Assembly: GCA_002320595.1 (NCBI GenBank) | Contig: DCKB01000010.1 | Span: forward strand, 3,305 to 67,304 | Length of the DNA stretch: 64,000 nucleotides | Source: Christensenella sp. UBA1685 | Lineage (GTDB): Bacteria > Bacillota > Clostridia > Christensenellales > CAG-138 | Direction: 5' to 3' | In this document: in pieces, positions 1 to 9,504 of the stretch | Position numbering within the stretch: the first letter of the stretch is position 1 | Layout of the letters: every line of letters begins with the position of its first letter | The notes under the pieces: generated by a model | What the model was told of the DNA's origin: nothing | Seen by the model: the letters and a program-made list of their open reading frames with translations, nothing else | Database searches by the model: none | Position numbers and translations under genes: made by a program

Positions 1-686
1 TTTTCGCCCTGACCCGAGATGATAAGCGGCGTGCGCGCCTCATCGATGAGGATGGAGTCCACCTCGTCCACAATGGCATAGTTCAGCTCGCGCTGCACCA
101 TCTGTTCCTTGTAGACCACCATGTTATCGCGCAGATAGTCGAAGCCGAACTCGTTATTTGTGCCGTACGTAATGTCGCAGGCATATGCCTTGCGGCGCGC
201 GTCGTTGTCAAGTTCATGCACGATGCAGCCTACCGTGAGGCCGAGGAAGCGGTAGATTTTTCCCATCCACTGCGCGTCGCGCTTTGCAAGGTAATCGTTT
301 ACGGTAACGATGTGAACGCCGTGGCCCGTGAGCGCGTTCAGGTATGCGGGAAGCGTTTCGGTGATGGTTTTTCCTTCACCGGTCTTCATTTCCGCAATGC
401 GGCCCTGATGCAGCACAATGCCGCCCAAAAGCTGCACATCGAAATGCCTTTGCCCGATGGTGCGCTGCGCCGCCTCGCGCACAACCGCAAAGGCTTCCGG
501 CAAAAGGCCGTCCAACGTTTCGCCCGCGCCAAGCCGTTCCTTGAATTCCATGGTCTTTGCGCGCAGCGCCTCATCCGAAAGCGCGTGCATTTCCGGTTCC
601 AGCGCATTGATCCGGTGCACCTGCGGCATCAGCTTTTTGACTCTGCTTTCGCTCGTATTGCCGAGCAGTTTATCGATAAAGCCCAT
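1..686 (-). CDS. secA: Preprotein translocase ATPase SecA, N-terminal part (continues beyond left edge)
   Basis: Minus-strand translation from ATG 684..686 reads [21 protein letters not shown]...[34 protein letters not shown]...[11 protein letters not shown]...[20 protein letters not shown] (SecA motor domain). Missing from the ORF track because there is no stop inside the window. Confidence 0.93.
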   Translation of the reverse strand, partial: MGFIDKLLGNTSESRVKKLMPQVHRINALEPEMHALSDEALRAKTMEFKERLGAGETLDGLLPEAFAVVREAAQRTIGQRHFDVQLLGGIVLHQGRIAEMKTGEGKTITETLPAYLNALTGHGVHIVTVNDYLAKRDAQWMGKIYRFLGLTVGCIVHELDNDARRKAYACDITYGTNNEFGFDYLRDNMVVYKEQMVQRELNYAIVDEVDSILIDEARTPLIISGQGE

Positions 687-843
687 TTTTTCCGCCTTTC
701 CTCTGTATTCACGCCGCACCCATAGAGTGCAACAGTTTGATTTTACCACGCAGCGCACAGCTTGACAACGTTTGTGCGCCAAAGCCTCACAGTTTTCACA
801 CAATTCATACGCTTTCGGGCTAAACTGTGCTATACTGTTATGT

Positions 844-1812
844 ATGAAAAAAGATACTTCAAAACAAGTGCTTGGCATGGTTTCCGCCACGGCCTCCTCG
901 CTTCTGTTCGGGCTGAGTTTCATGTTCGTAAAGCAAAGCGTAAACAATGTTTCCGCTTTCACGTTGCTTTCCTGGCGTTTCCTGTTCGCGTTCTTCGCCA
1001 TGGGCCTCTGTGCGCTGCTGGGATTGTTTAAGCTCAACCTGCGCGGCAAGGATTTAAAGCCCCTTCTGCTCATCGCCATATTCCAACCGCTGATCTATTA
1101 CCTCGGCGAAACCTGGGGCATCGCGCTGACCACTTCTTCCGAAAGTGGTACCGTTATGGCCTGCGTTCCGATTGTGACATTGATTTTAAGCGGCAGCATC
1201 CTGAAGGAACCGCCCACAAAGCTGCAAACCATCAGCATCATTGTTTCCGTTTTGGGCGTGCTCATTATCGTGCTTGTCAAAGGGCTCTCCGCCTCGCTAA
1301 ACCCGCTGGGATACCTGCTGCTTGTGGTCGCCATGTTCAGCGACAGCCTGTTTGTGATTTTCTCACGCAAGGCCGCGGCCTACACGAGCACCGAAAAGAC
1401 GTTCATCATGTCTGCAATGGGCGCGCTCGTGTTCACGCTTTGCGCGCTCGTTGAGCATGGAACTGCGGGCACGCTGCGCGAATTCGTGCTTCTTCCGTTT
1501 GTAAACCGCGATTTTCTGTTCTCCCTGCTCTATCTTTCCGTGGGTTGTTCCGTTGTCGCGTTTGTGCTGTGCAATTATGGCATTTCCATCATCGGTGCAA
1601 CGCGCTCCGCTTCGTTTGCAGCGCTTACCACCATTGTTTCCGTGGTTGCAGGCGTTCTGTTCCTGCACGAAGGCTTTTCCATATGGCAGGGCGCTGGAAC
1701 CATCCTAGTGCTTGCCGGAGTGTATGGCGCAAACCGTATGCCGAAAAATGCCGTGCCGCTTGAAAACATGGAAACCCTTGAAGCAATGCGCACGGAAGAG
1801 GGCGCCCAATAA
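844..1812 (+). CDS. EamA/DMT-family transporter (paralog 1)
   Basis: ORF 772..1812, trimmed to ATG 844 ([11 protein letters not shown]). Polytopic membrane protein with two EamA-like halves. Roughly two-thirds identical by eye to the next gene. Confidence 0.8.
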   Translation: MKKDTSKQVLGMVSATASSLLFGLSFMFVKQSVNNVSAFTLLSWRFLFAFFAMGLCALLGLFKLNLRGKDLKPLLLIAIFQPLIYYLGETWGIALTTSSESGTVMACVPIVTLILSGSILKEPPTKLQTISIIVSVLGVLIIVLVKGLSASLNPLGYLLLVVAMFSDSLFVIFSRKAAAYTSTEKTFIMSAMGALVFTLCALVEHGTAGTLREFVLLPFVNRDFLFSLLYLSVGCSVVAFVLCNYGISIIGATRSASFAALTTIVSVVAGVLFLHEGFSIWQGAGTILVLAGVYGANRMPKNAVPLENMETLEAMRTEEGAQ

Positions 1813-1881
1813 GCCCCTCTCCAGTTGTTGCTGCGTCCCCCGGCTTTCCCAAAACGAAAGATACAGGTAATAAAGTAAACC

Positions 1882-2856
1882 ATGAAACATACAGCCGCCA
1901 AATCGTCCGTTGCAATGGCCTGCGCCATGATGTCCTCTCTTCTTTTCGGGCTCAGTTTCATTTTCGTGAAACAGAGTGTGAATGAAGTTTCTACCTTTAC
2001 CCTGCTTTCCTGGCGTTTCCTGTTCGCATTTTTCGGCATGTGCATCTGTGCCCTGTTCGGGCTTTTAAAAATCAGTCTGCGCCGCAAGCCCCTCAAGCCG
2101 CTGCTTTTGATCGCCCTTTTTCAACCCATCCTTTACTACATCGTGGAAACCTGGGGCATTGCGCTGACCACTGCCACCGAAAGCGGTATCGTCATCGCAT
2201 GCATCCCCATCGTTACGGTGATTTTAAGCGCACTCATGCTTAAGGAGCCTCCCACCAGGCGGCAGACGTTAAGCATCGTGCTCTCCGTTGCGGGCATTTT
2301 CATCATGGTGTTGATCAAAGGGTTTTCCGCCTCGCTCAACCCCCTTGGATATCTGTTGCTTTTCATCACCATATCCAGCGCCGGGCTGTATGTGATCTAT
2401 TCGCGTAAAGCCGCTGCCTACACCAGCACAGAAAAGACCTTCATTATGTCCGCGGCGGGCGCCCTTGTGTTCACCGTATGCGCAGTGGTCGAACACGCTG
2501 CAGCAGGCACGTTTCGGGAGTTCATCACGCTTCCGTTTACGAATCATGATTTTCTTATTTCGCTGCTTTACCTTTCCGTCGCCTGCTCCGTAATCGCCAC
2601 CATGCTGCGCAATTACAGCATTTCAGAGATCGGTGCAACCCGCACCGCTTCCTTCGCCGTGCTTACCACAGTCGTCTCCGTTGTAGCCGGTGTTGTTTTC
2701 TTAAACGAGCCGTTTTCATTTGCGCAGGGCGTTGCTACCGTTCTTGTGCTCGCAGGCGTATACGGGGCAAACCACATACCGAAGAACGCAGTGCCGCTTA
2801 ATTCTCCGGCGTTCTGTGAATCGCTGCCCGAAAAAGAAAAAGGAGGCGGAGTTTGA
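1882..2856 (+). CDS. EamA/DMT-family transporter (paralog 2)
   Basis: ORF 1882..2856. Shares long blocks with paralog 1 ([57 protein letters not shown]). Confidence 0.8.
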   Translation: MKHTAAKSSVAMACAMMSSLLFGLSFIFVKQSVNEVSTFTLLSWRFLFAFFGMCICALFGLLKISLRRKPLKPLLLIALFQPILYYIVETWGIALTTATESGIVIACIPIVTVILSALMLKEPPTRRQTLSIVLSVAGIFIMVLIKGFSASLNPLGYLLLFITISSAGLYVIYSRKAAAYTSTEKTFIMSAAGALVFTVCAVVEHAAAGTFREFITLPFTNHDFLISLLYLSVACSVIATMLRNYSISEIGATRTASFAVLTTVVSVVAGVVFLNEPFSFAQGVATVLVLAGVYGANHIPKNAVPLNSPAFCESLPEKEKGGGV

Positions 2857-3614
2857 TGCTGCGTACCCTTTTCATCCTGCTTGGAGCATTGGGCGTGGGT
2901 GACACCCTCGTCGTTTCCGCATATTCCAACATGAATTTCGGCACGGTGCTCCCGCTGATCCTTGGCGCGCCGCTACTGCTCATAGGCATCTTTTTCAGGC
3001 CGGTTACAGCGTTCTTCAGCTCCACCGTACTTGGCGCATGGGTTAAGTGGGCTTTGGTCGCTGCATATACTGCCTTTTTTACGCTTGTAGCAATATGTTC
3101 CTGCCTGATTTACCGGGAAGGGCATGCATCGCCGCCTGCAGGCGCGGATGCGGTAATCGTGCTTGGCTGCGGCGTGCGTGGAGAGCGTGTTTCGCTTACG
3201 CTTGCGCGCAGGCTGGACGCAGCGCTCGCCTATTTGGAGGAAAACCCGAAAGCCTATGTTGTTGTTTCCGGTGGACAAGGTGCGGGGGAAGACATTTCCG
3301 AGGCGGAGGCAATGCGGCGTTACCTCGCTGCACATGGGATTGAAGAAAGCCGCATCCTCATGGAGGACAAATCCATGAGCACTTTGGAGAACTTCCTTTT
3401 TTCCAAGGCGCTGATCGATGATGCAGTTGGCCCGGATGCAAAGCTCGTGTTCGTAACAACACGCTTCCATGTGTTCCGTTCGGAGCGCATTGCCCGTTCG
3501 TTGGGCATTGAAGCCGAGGGGTTCGGCGCGGATGACGTTGCTTGGCTCAGCCCGAACAATTACCTGCGTGAAACTTGCGCCATCGTTTATTACCGGCTTG
3601 CCGGGCGCATTTAG
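2856..3614 (+). CDS. YdcF/ElyC (DUF218) family membrane protein
   Basis: ATG 2856 overlaps the upstream TGA (TGATG), with AGGAGG 10 nt upstream. N-terminal TM helices, then VIVLGCGV...VVVSGGQGAGEDISEAEAMRRYL...TTRFHVFRS, typical of DUF218. Confidence 0.7.
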   Translation: MLRTLFILLGALGVGDTLVVSAYSNMNFGTVLPLILGAPLLLIGIFFRPVTAFFSSTVLGAWVKWALVAAYTAFFTLVAICSCLIYREGHASPPAGADAVIVLGCGVRGERVSLTLARRLDAALAYLEENPKAYVVVSGGQGAGEDISEAEAMRRYLAAHGIEESRILMEDKSMSTLENFLFSKALIDDAVGPDAKLVFVTTRFHVFRSERIARSLGIEAEGFGADDVAWLSPNNYLRETCAIVYYRLAGRI

Positions 3615-3626
3615 CGGGCAACCTCC

Positions 3627-4496
3627 ATGCATTTTAAAGCTGCACGCGGAATCCTTTCCGCCCAAAATGGAATGAACCTGTTTCGTGGATGCACCCACGG
3701 GTGCATCTATTGTGATTCACGTAGCCTGTGCTACGGAATGGATCATATCTTTGAGGATGTTGAGGTAAAGTGCAATGCGCCGGAACTGCTTGAAGCTGCG
3801 CTGCGCGCAAAGCGTAAGCCCTGCATGATCGGCACCGGCGCGATGAGCGATCCTTACCTTCCTTTCCCGGAAACGCTCGCTTTGACCCGGCAATGCCTTT
3901 CAATCATCGAGCGCCATGGCTTCGGCCTTGCCATTCAGACAAAATCTGCGCGCGTTCTCCGGGATCTGGATCTGCTTCGCAGCATCAATGAAAAAAGCAA
4001 ATGCGTTGTTCAGATGACGCTTACAACATTTGATGAAGCGCTCTGCCGCATCGTCGAACCCAACGTAAGCACTACGCATGCACGCTTTGAAGCACTGCTG
4101 GCGCTTCAAAAGGCCGGCATTCCAACTGTTGTGTGGCTCTCGCCCATCCTGCCCTTTTTAAATGACACGGAAGAAAATCTGCGCGGGATATTGAGCTATT
4201 GCATTGACGCAGGCGTGCGCGGCATTCTCTGCTTTGGTATGGGCCTTACGCTCAGGGACGGCAACCGGGAATACTTTTATCGCAAGCTGGACGCACATTT
4301 CCCCGGCCTGCGGCAAAAATATGAGCGCACCTATGGTCTGAGCTACGAAGTAGGGAGCCCGAACAATGCACGCCTGATGCGCATTTTTGGCAGCATCTGT
4401 ACAGAGCATGGGATTTTACATGAGCCCGGTATGGTATTCGCCTATATACGGGAATATGAAAACAAGCGCAGCGGAGAACAGCTTTCGTTGTTCTAA
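3627..4496 (+). CDS. Radical SAM protein, SPL/DNA-photolyase-like (COG1533-type)
   Basis: CTHGCIYCDSR CxxxCxxC motif near the N-terminus; length 289 aa; overall pattern of the SplB-like family. Confidence 0.7.
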   Translation: MHFKAARGILSAQNGMNLFRGCTHGCIYCDSRSLCYGMDHIFEDVEVKCNAPELLEAALRAKRKPCMIGTGAMSDPYLPFPETLALTRQCLSIIERHGFGLAIQTKSARVLRDLDLLRSINEKSKCVVQMTLTTFDEALCRIVEPNVSTTHARFEALLALQKAGIPTVVWLSPILPFLNDTEENLRGILSYCIDAGVRGILCFGMGLTLRDGNREYFYRKLDAHFPGLRQKYERTYGLSYEVGSPNNARLMRIFGSICTEHGILHEPGMVFAYIREYENKRSGEQLSLF

Positions 4497-4521
4497 GGCC
4501 GCACCCCCAACAGGACTAAGT

Positions 4522-5400
4522 ATGGAAAAAATGATGCAAAGGAAAGGCAAAAAGAAAACAATGTTCCTGATTGCGGCGGTTCTGGCCGCTGTATTGGTAT
4601 TTTCTGCATTTGCGCTCTCACAAAAGCTTTCCGTGCAGCGTTATGTGCTTTCCACCGAAAAGCTGGGCGGCCCCGTGCGCCTTGCCGTTGTCGCTGATTT
4701 GCACAGCACGCTTTACGGGGAAGGGCAGGAGGAGCTGATTGCCGCCATCCGGCAGGAGTCGCCGGATGCAGTGCTTTTTGTTGGCGACATTGTGAACGAT
4801 GGGCTTTCCGAGGAACCGGTGCGGTTTCTGTTTGAAGCGCTCAGCCCGCAATACCCCTGTTTCTATGTTAGCGGCAACCATGAATACTGGTCCGACCGGT
4901 ACAGCGCAATCAAAGCCATGATTTCCGGCTGTGGCGCCACGGTGCTGGAAGGCGAAGCGGCCCCGCTTGTGATAAACGGACAGGAGCTTTGTATCGCCGG
5001 CGTAGACGATCCGGAGTTCTGGGGCGGCTATTCCGCTTACGGCGGCTATGATATTCCCGCCGAATGGCTGACACAACTCAAAGCCTGCGGGGAAGCTGCA
5101 GCAAAAAGCGGTGCTTTCTCTGTGCTGCTCTCGCACAGGCCGGAGCTTGTGGATATCTATCGGGAAAGCGGGTTCGACCTTGTGGTTTCCGGCCATGCGC
5201 ACGGTGGTCAAGTGCGCATCCCCGGCCTCGTGAACGGCCTGTTTGCCCCCTGCCAAGGCTGGTTCCCACAATATGCAGGCGGCGTCTATGCGCTTGGCAG
5301 CACAACCCTTGTTGTGAGCCGCGGCCTTTGCCGCAATGAGCTGCCGCGCGTGTTCAACCGCCCTGAACTTGTGGTCCTCACCCTCTCCCCGCAGGCATGA
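4522..5400 (+). CDS. Membrane-anchored metallophosphoesterase
   Basis: ORF 4387..5400, trimmed to ATG 4522 (MEKMMQRKGKKK plus a TM anchor). Motifs VVADLHS, GDIVND, SGNHE, SGHAHGGQ. Confidence 0.8.
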   Translation: MEKMMQRKGKKKTMFLIAAVLAAVLVFSAFALSQKLSVQRYVLSTEKLGGPVRLAVVADLHSTLYGEGQEELIAAIRQESPDAVLFVGDIVNDGLSEEPVRFLFEALSPQYPCFYVSGNHEYWSDRYSAIKAMISGCGATVLEGEAAPLVINGQELCIAGVDDPEFWGGYSAYGGYDIPAEWLTQLKACGEAAAKSGAFSVLLSHRPELVDIYRESGFDLVVSGHAHGGQVRIPGLVNGLFAPCQGWFPQYAGGVYALGSTTLVVSRGLCRNELPRVFNRPELVVLTLSPQA

Positions 5401-5445
5401 GTCTATCAGGCTGCGATGTTGGATATTCCGGCGGTTTTTGTTACA

Positions 5446-6210
5446 TCAGTTCCCTATTGCACGGTATATGCTGCCGTCCGGCGTGCGATCCATGAATCCG
5501 TATTCGACGAGTGCGCGCCGGAGCGTCGCGTAATCCGCATGGATGCGCCCCAGCACGCGGTTGATCTCCTTTTCGGAATATGCCTTTTCTGCCCTGAAGT
5601 TTTTCATGATTTCACGCAAAACAATGATTTTTTTCTTTTCCTTCACCGGAATCTGCCTGAGCGCACCGGTTTCATCGAAATATGTTTTTACCGTTTTTTC
5701 ACGCTCGGCAGCGGTAATTCCATAGCGGTCGTCCACCATGGTGGCTGCGGGATGTACCGGATCAAGCATCCCCTGTGCGGTGGCGCCGATCCCTTTTTCC
5801 GTTTTTTCCGCAAGCGAATGCATCAAAGCAAGGTAGAGCGTTGCCTGCTTTTCCTTTTCCCGCAATTTAAAGCGATGGCTGCGCACGGTGGAAGGCGCGA
5901 TTCCTGCATGCTTTGCAATTTCAGCATCCGCCCGCCCCGCTGAAATATGTTTTAAAAGCTGCTGCTGCAATTCCGTAAGCCCGGTGAGCGCCGGTTCCTG
6001 CTCCAAAAGCCAATCCGCAACCGTGCCATGCGCTTGCGTCACATGCCGCTTGGCTGCGCCTTGCGCATCGTAAAGCAGGCCGCCCTCCATTTCGTACACC
6101 CTGCCTGCTTCAAACGCTGTTCCGCAGAGGAGGCAAACATATGTCGTTCCCTCCCGCACATATCCCTGCGCGATCTCTATGATTTCATGTTCCCAAAGTT
6201 GTTTCTCCAT
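5446..6210 (-). CDS. DUF2087-domain transcriptional regulator (LuxR-type HTH in the middle)
   Basis: ORF 5446..6252, trimmed to ATG 6210 (GGAGGAG upstream). HTH-like AEIAKHAGIAPSTVRSHRFKLREK; C-terminus KKKIIVLREIMKNF...YSEKEINRVLGRIHADYATLRRALVEYGFMDR, typical of DUF2087. Confidence 0.6.
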   Translation of the reverse strand: MEKQLWEHEIIEIAQGYVREGTTYVCLLCGTAFEAGRVYEMEGGLLYDAQGAAKRHVTQAHGTVADWLLEQEPALTGLTELQQQLLKHISAGRADAEIAKHAGIAPSTVRSHRFKLREKEKQATLYLALMHSLAEKTEKGIGATAQGMLDPVHPAATMVDDRYGITAAEREKTVKTYFDETGALRQIPVKEKKKIIVLREIMKNFRAEKAYSEKEINRVLGRIHADYATLRRALVEYGFMDRTPDGSIYRAIGN

Positions 6211-6299
6211 GCGCATTCTCCTCCGCTGGTTTTCATACGCACAGTATACCAACTTATTTTATATTTGTCCACTTAATTATAAACTTCAATGCATCTAGT

Positions 6300-6683
6300 T
6301 TACTTCTTTGTTTTCGGCGTAAAGATTACCGCGTTCAGATATCCAAATACGATCGCCGCCGCTACGCCGCCTGCCGTGGCTGTAATGCCCCCGGTAAACG
6401 CTCCGATTACACCGTTTTCCATCGCGCCTTCCATCGCGCCTTTGCCCAGTGCATACCCGAACCCCGTTAATGGCACCGTTGCACCCGCACCCGCAAGCTC
6501 CACGAGCGGCTCATAGAGTCCAAACGCCGTGAGCACCACGCCGAGGGTCACGAACAGCACAAGGATGCGCGCAGGCGTAAGCCGCGTCAAGCTTATGAGG
6601 AGCTGCCCAACGACACAGATTGCGCCGCCGATCACAAACGCCCAGAAAAAATCTATCCAGTCCACTCTTTCACCTTCTTTCAA
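6300..6683 (-). CDS. spoVAE: Stage V sporulation protein AE (SpoVAEB-type)
   Basis: Small 4-TM protein, FVIGGAICVVGQLLI...TGFGYALGKGA pattern, directly after spoVAD. Start is ambiguous: TTG 6683 or GTG 6665. Confidence 0.85.
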   Translation of the reverse strand: MKEGERVDWIDFFWAFVIGGAICVVGQLLISLTRLTPARILVLFVTLGVVLTAFGLYEPLVELAGAGATVPLTGFGYALGKGAMEGAMENGVIGAFTGGITATAGGVAAAIVFGYLNAVIFTPKTKK

Positions 6684-7701
6684 TTACTACCGCATGCGCA
6701 ATTCCCGGGATGCTGTCCCCCTGCATGCCGGCCGTCGGGCTCATGAGCGCGCCGGTGGCCATAAAGAGCATGCGCGTGAAATCTCCCTCTTCCATGCGCC
6801 TTAACAAAAACGCATTGAGCGTAACGGCGGAACAGCCGCATCCGCTGCCGCCACAGTCCACCTTCTGCGCGAGATCAAAAATCATGTTCCCGCAATCCCG
6901 GTGCCGGTCGCTGAGATCAATCCCCTTGTCCCGGCAAAGTTCGTTGAACATTTCGCTTCCGAAGCTGCCGAGGTCCCCCGTCACAATCATGTCGTAATCC
7001 GAAACCGTGCGGTTCTGCTCGCGCAGGTGTGCGGCCAGTGTATCCGCTGCCGCAGGCGCCATTGCTGCGCCCATGTTATTCGCATCCGTAATCCCAAGGT
7101 CCACGACCCTGCCAATGGTGCCGCCTGTCACAAAAATATGCCTGAATTGAGCGCCGCCCGCATAGCCTGCCTCTACGAGCAGGCTTGATCCCGCGCCGGT
7201 TACCGTGCGCTGCGCAGTGGGTGTGGTTTGGCCGCCCATCTCCAGCGGGAAACGGTACTGGCGCTCTGCCGTGCTGAAATGGCTTGTGGCCGCGCAGGCA
7301 ACATGCCCGGCATACCCGCCATCAATAAGCATGCTGCCAAGCAAAAGGGATTCCGCCATCGTGGAACATGCACCGTACAGCCCCAGGAATGGGATCGCCA
7401 ATTCACGCGCCGCAAAGTTTGCCGTAATAATCTGGTTGAGCAAATCGCCCCCCAAAAGCAAATCGATCTCAGCGGGCTGCATGGCGCAGCGTTCCAATGC
7501 ACGGCGGACTGTCTGCTCAAACATCTTGCGTTCCGCCTTCTCCCAAGTATCCTCGCCCCAGGTATCATCTTCCAAAATCAAATCGAAGTATCCGCCAAGG
7601 GGCCCTGCGCCCTCCATATCTCCCACGATCGTTGCACCCGCTGCAATGCGCGGGGGGGCCTCAAATACAACGGTCTGTCTGCCTAAGCGTTTTTGTTTCA
7701 T
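6670..7701 (-). CDS. spoVAD: Stage V sporulation protein AD (thiolase-fold)
   Basis: ORF 6670..7746, trimmed to ATG 7701 (GAAGGAGAG upstream). MKQKRLGRQTVVFE...GLYGACST...CGGSGCGCSA is typical of SpoVAD. Confidence 0.9.
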   Translation of the reverse strand: MKQKRLGRQTVVFEAPPRIAAGATIVGDMEGAGPLGGYFDLILEDDTWGEDTWEKAERKMFEQTVRRALERCAMQPAEIDLLLGGDLLNQIITANFAARELAIPFLGLYGACSTMAESLLLGSMLIDGGYAGHVACAATSHFSTAERQYRFPLEMGGQTTPTAQRTVTGAGSSLLVEAGYAGGAQFRHIFVTGGTIGRVVDLGITDANNMGAAMAPAAADTLAAHLREQNRTVSDYDMIVTGDLGSFGSEMFNELCRDKGIDLSDRHRDCGNMIFDLAQKVDCGGSGCGCSAVTLNAFLLRRMEEGDFTRMLFMATGALMSPTAGMQGDSIPGIAHAVVIERR

Positions 7702-7714
7702 GCGGTGCTCTCCT

Positions 7715-8176
7715 TCATTTTGCCAGCAGGCATGCAATAAGCCCAACGATGACCGAGGCTCCTATGCCATAAACAAGCACCGGCCCCGCGATGGTAAACA
7801 TTTTTGCCGCGGTGCCAAGGATGAGTCCTTCCCGCTTAAACTCCATTGCAGGAGATACGATTGAGTTTGCAAAGCCTGTAATCGGCACAATAGAGCCTGC
7901 TCCGGCCCATGTTCCGATTTTATCGTACACACCAAAGCCGGTGAGTGTTGCGCCCAGAAACACCATAACAATGGCTGTAAGTGCGGCTACGCCTTCCGCA
8001 TCCAAATGTAACGTCGTCTCGCCAAAGACGCGTACCGCCTGCCCGATACAGCAAATCAGCCCGCCTGCGATGAATGCGCGCACGCATTGCGAAACTGTTT
8101 TGCTGCGCGGCATCTTTTCGTTAACCCGCTGTTGATAGCGCTGCTCCTGCGCCGTTTTCTGCCTTTTTTCCCCCAT
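7715..8176 (-). CDS. spoVAC: Stage V sporulation protein AC
   Basis: ORF 7715..8185 begins at a GTG; ATG 8176 with GGAGG upstream is the likelier start. FIAGGLICCIGQ...VPITGFANSIVSPAMEFK...GPVLVYG signature. Confidence 0.9.
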   Translation of the reverse strand: MGEKRQKTAQEQRYQQRVNEKMPRSKTVSQCVRAFIAGGLICCIGQAVRVFGETTLHLDAEGVAALTAIVMVFLGATLTGFGVYDKIGTWAGAGSIVPITGFANSIVSPAMEFKREGLILGTAAKMFTIAGPVLVYGIGASVIVGLIACLLAK

Positions 8177-8181
8177 TTGCT

Positions 8182-8313
8182 TCACTCCTCCTTGTCCGAA
8201 TTTTGAATCAGTTTGCTCCCCTTGTAGCGCGTTTCCCGGTCCATTGGCCCCTCGCTTCCCGCGCCGCCATGCAAGTCCACACGCGGCAGCTTATTGTATG
8301 GCGTCTCGTTCAT
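8182..8313 (-). CDS. Micro-ORF (43 aa), hypothetical, first cistron before spoVAC
   Basis: My own translation: MNETPYNKLPRVDLHGGAGSEGPMDRETRYKGSKLIQNSDKEE. GGGAGG lies 9 nt upstream of ATG 8313. The stop overlaps the GTG/ATG region of spoVAC. Below the 60-aa cut-off of the ORF track. Confidence 0.35.
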   Translation of the reverse strand: MNETPYNKLPRVDLHGGAGSEGPMDRETRYKGSKLIQNSDKEE

Positions 8314-8461
8314 TTCGTTCCGCCTCCCGCATTACAAAATATGTACCGTTTGCACTCGGCGCCGTGCGCATTCCGCTGAGCGAATCATAAAGCAGCACGC
8401 CAAAGAGCACCAGCAGCAGGACAATCGCCGCCGTCAGCATATATCTCCGCCTTTTGAGCAT
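8291..8461 (-). CDS. Micro-ORF (56 aa), single-TM hypothetical protein
   Basis: My own translation: MLKRRRYMLTAAIVLLLVLFGVLLYDSLSGMRTAPSANGTYFVMREAERNERDAIQ. GGGAGG lies 8 nt upstream of ATG 8461. Overlaps the next micro-ORF by 23 nt. Confidence 0.4.
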   Translation of the reverse strand: MLKRRRYMLTAAIVLLLVLFGVLLYDSLSGMRTAPSANGTYFVMREAERNERDAIQ

Positions 8462-8535
8462 TGTTTTTTCCTCCCTTAGTTGGTTTTACGGGTAGTGTTT
8501 GCATGGGCTGCGTTTTTTATGAAACGCAGGCATAA

Positions 8536-8558
8536 GAAAAAGCCCTTTGGAAAGGGCT
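8536..8558 (-). terminator. Rho-independent terminator after the DivIVA-GNAT gene
   Basis: Minus-strand AAAGCCCTTTCCAAAGGGCTTTTTC: GC stem followed by a T-run. Confidence 0.7.
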
Positions 8559-8605
8559 TTCAATTTGCAAAAAGCAGGAGGCGCTTCTTCTTAAGCAGGC
8601 ATTGA

Positions 8606-9388
8606 TCAGAACTCCAAAACCATATCATACCAGACCGCTCCGCCGTGCTCAGATGCGGAAACGCCTTCATCCTGATAGCCGAACTTCGCATAATAGTGGA
8701 TCAGGCGGTCTTTGCAGGTGAGCGTGCAGCCCTTGCGCCCGGCAGACCTGGCATCGTCGATGAGCGTGTTCATCAGCCGCGCGGCAATGCCGTGCTTTTG
8801 ATATTCCGGCAACACGCCAATGCTCATCACGCTCTGCCACGCACCCTTGTCATCATGCATGGTTGCAAACTCAAACATGTCATCCACAATGGTGCGCCGC
8901 TCACATGCCATGCCATTGATGAAACCGATTACGCGCCCATCCACTTCCGCCACCCAGAAGTTTTTTGGGAACGTTTGAATGCGCGCTTCGATACGATCCC
9001 GCGTAGCAGCCTCTGCCTCCGGAAAGCACGTTGCCTCCACCATCGTAACAGCATCGAGATCCTCCGGCGCAACATAGCGGATTGTTACAGTTTCGCTCAT
9101 TGTATTTTTCTCCTCTGCATTTTCTTTTTTCTCATCGGTTTCCACAGGTTTTGAAGCGGGTGCTTCCGCTTTCTGTCCGGTTGCCTCCTTGGCATCCTCA
9201 CGTTTTCCGGTATAATGCTCCAACTCCTCAAGAAGCATCCGAATGCGCAGCTGTGCGATTTCCAGCTCCTGCTCGGCCCGTTCGTTTGCACGCACGATTT
9301 CATCCAAAAATGTGTCCACTTCGCCGATGTCATATCCCCAAAACGCACGGCTGAACTGCTTGTTGATGATTTCCTCCGCCTTAATCAT
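8606..9388 (-). CDS. DivIVA N-terminal domain fused to a GNAT N-acetyltransferase
   Basis: Residues 1-60: IINKQFSRAFWGYDIGEVDTFLDEIV plus a coiled coil (DivIVA domain). Residues ~100-260: VIGFINGMA, IGVLPEYQKHGIAARLMNTLIDDARSAGRKG, YYAKFGY (GNAT). One uninterrupted frame. Confidence 0.8.
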   Translation of the reverse strand: MIKAEEIINKQFSRAFWGYDIGEVDTFLDEIVRANERAEQELEIAQLRIRMLLEELEHYTGKREDAKEATGQKAEAPASKPVETDEKKENAEEKNTMSETVTIRYVAPEDLDAVTMVEATCFPEAEAATRDRIEARIQTFPKNFWVAEVDGRVIGFINGMACERRTIVDDMFEFATMHDDKGAWQSVMSIGVLPEYQKHGIAARLMNTLIDDARSAGRKGCTLTCKDRLIHYYAKFGYQDEGVSASEHGGAVWYDMVLEF

Positions 9389-9504
9389 GCTGTTCCTCCA
9401 TTTCCTGCCCAGCTTTTGCCCTACGGCTTCCGGCGCAAATTCGCCTTCTTTTTTGCAGCAAACGCCGTATCCACGCAGGATACGGCGCTTGCTTCGCTTC
9501 TTGC

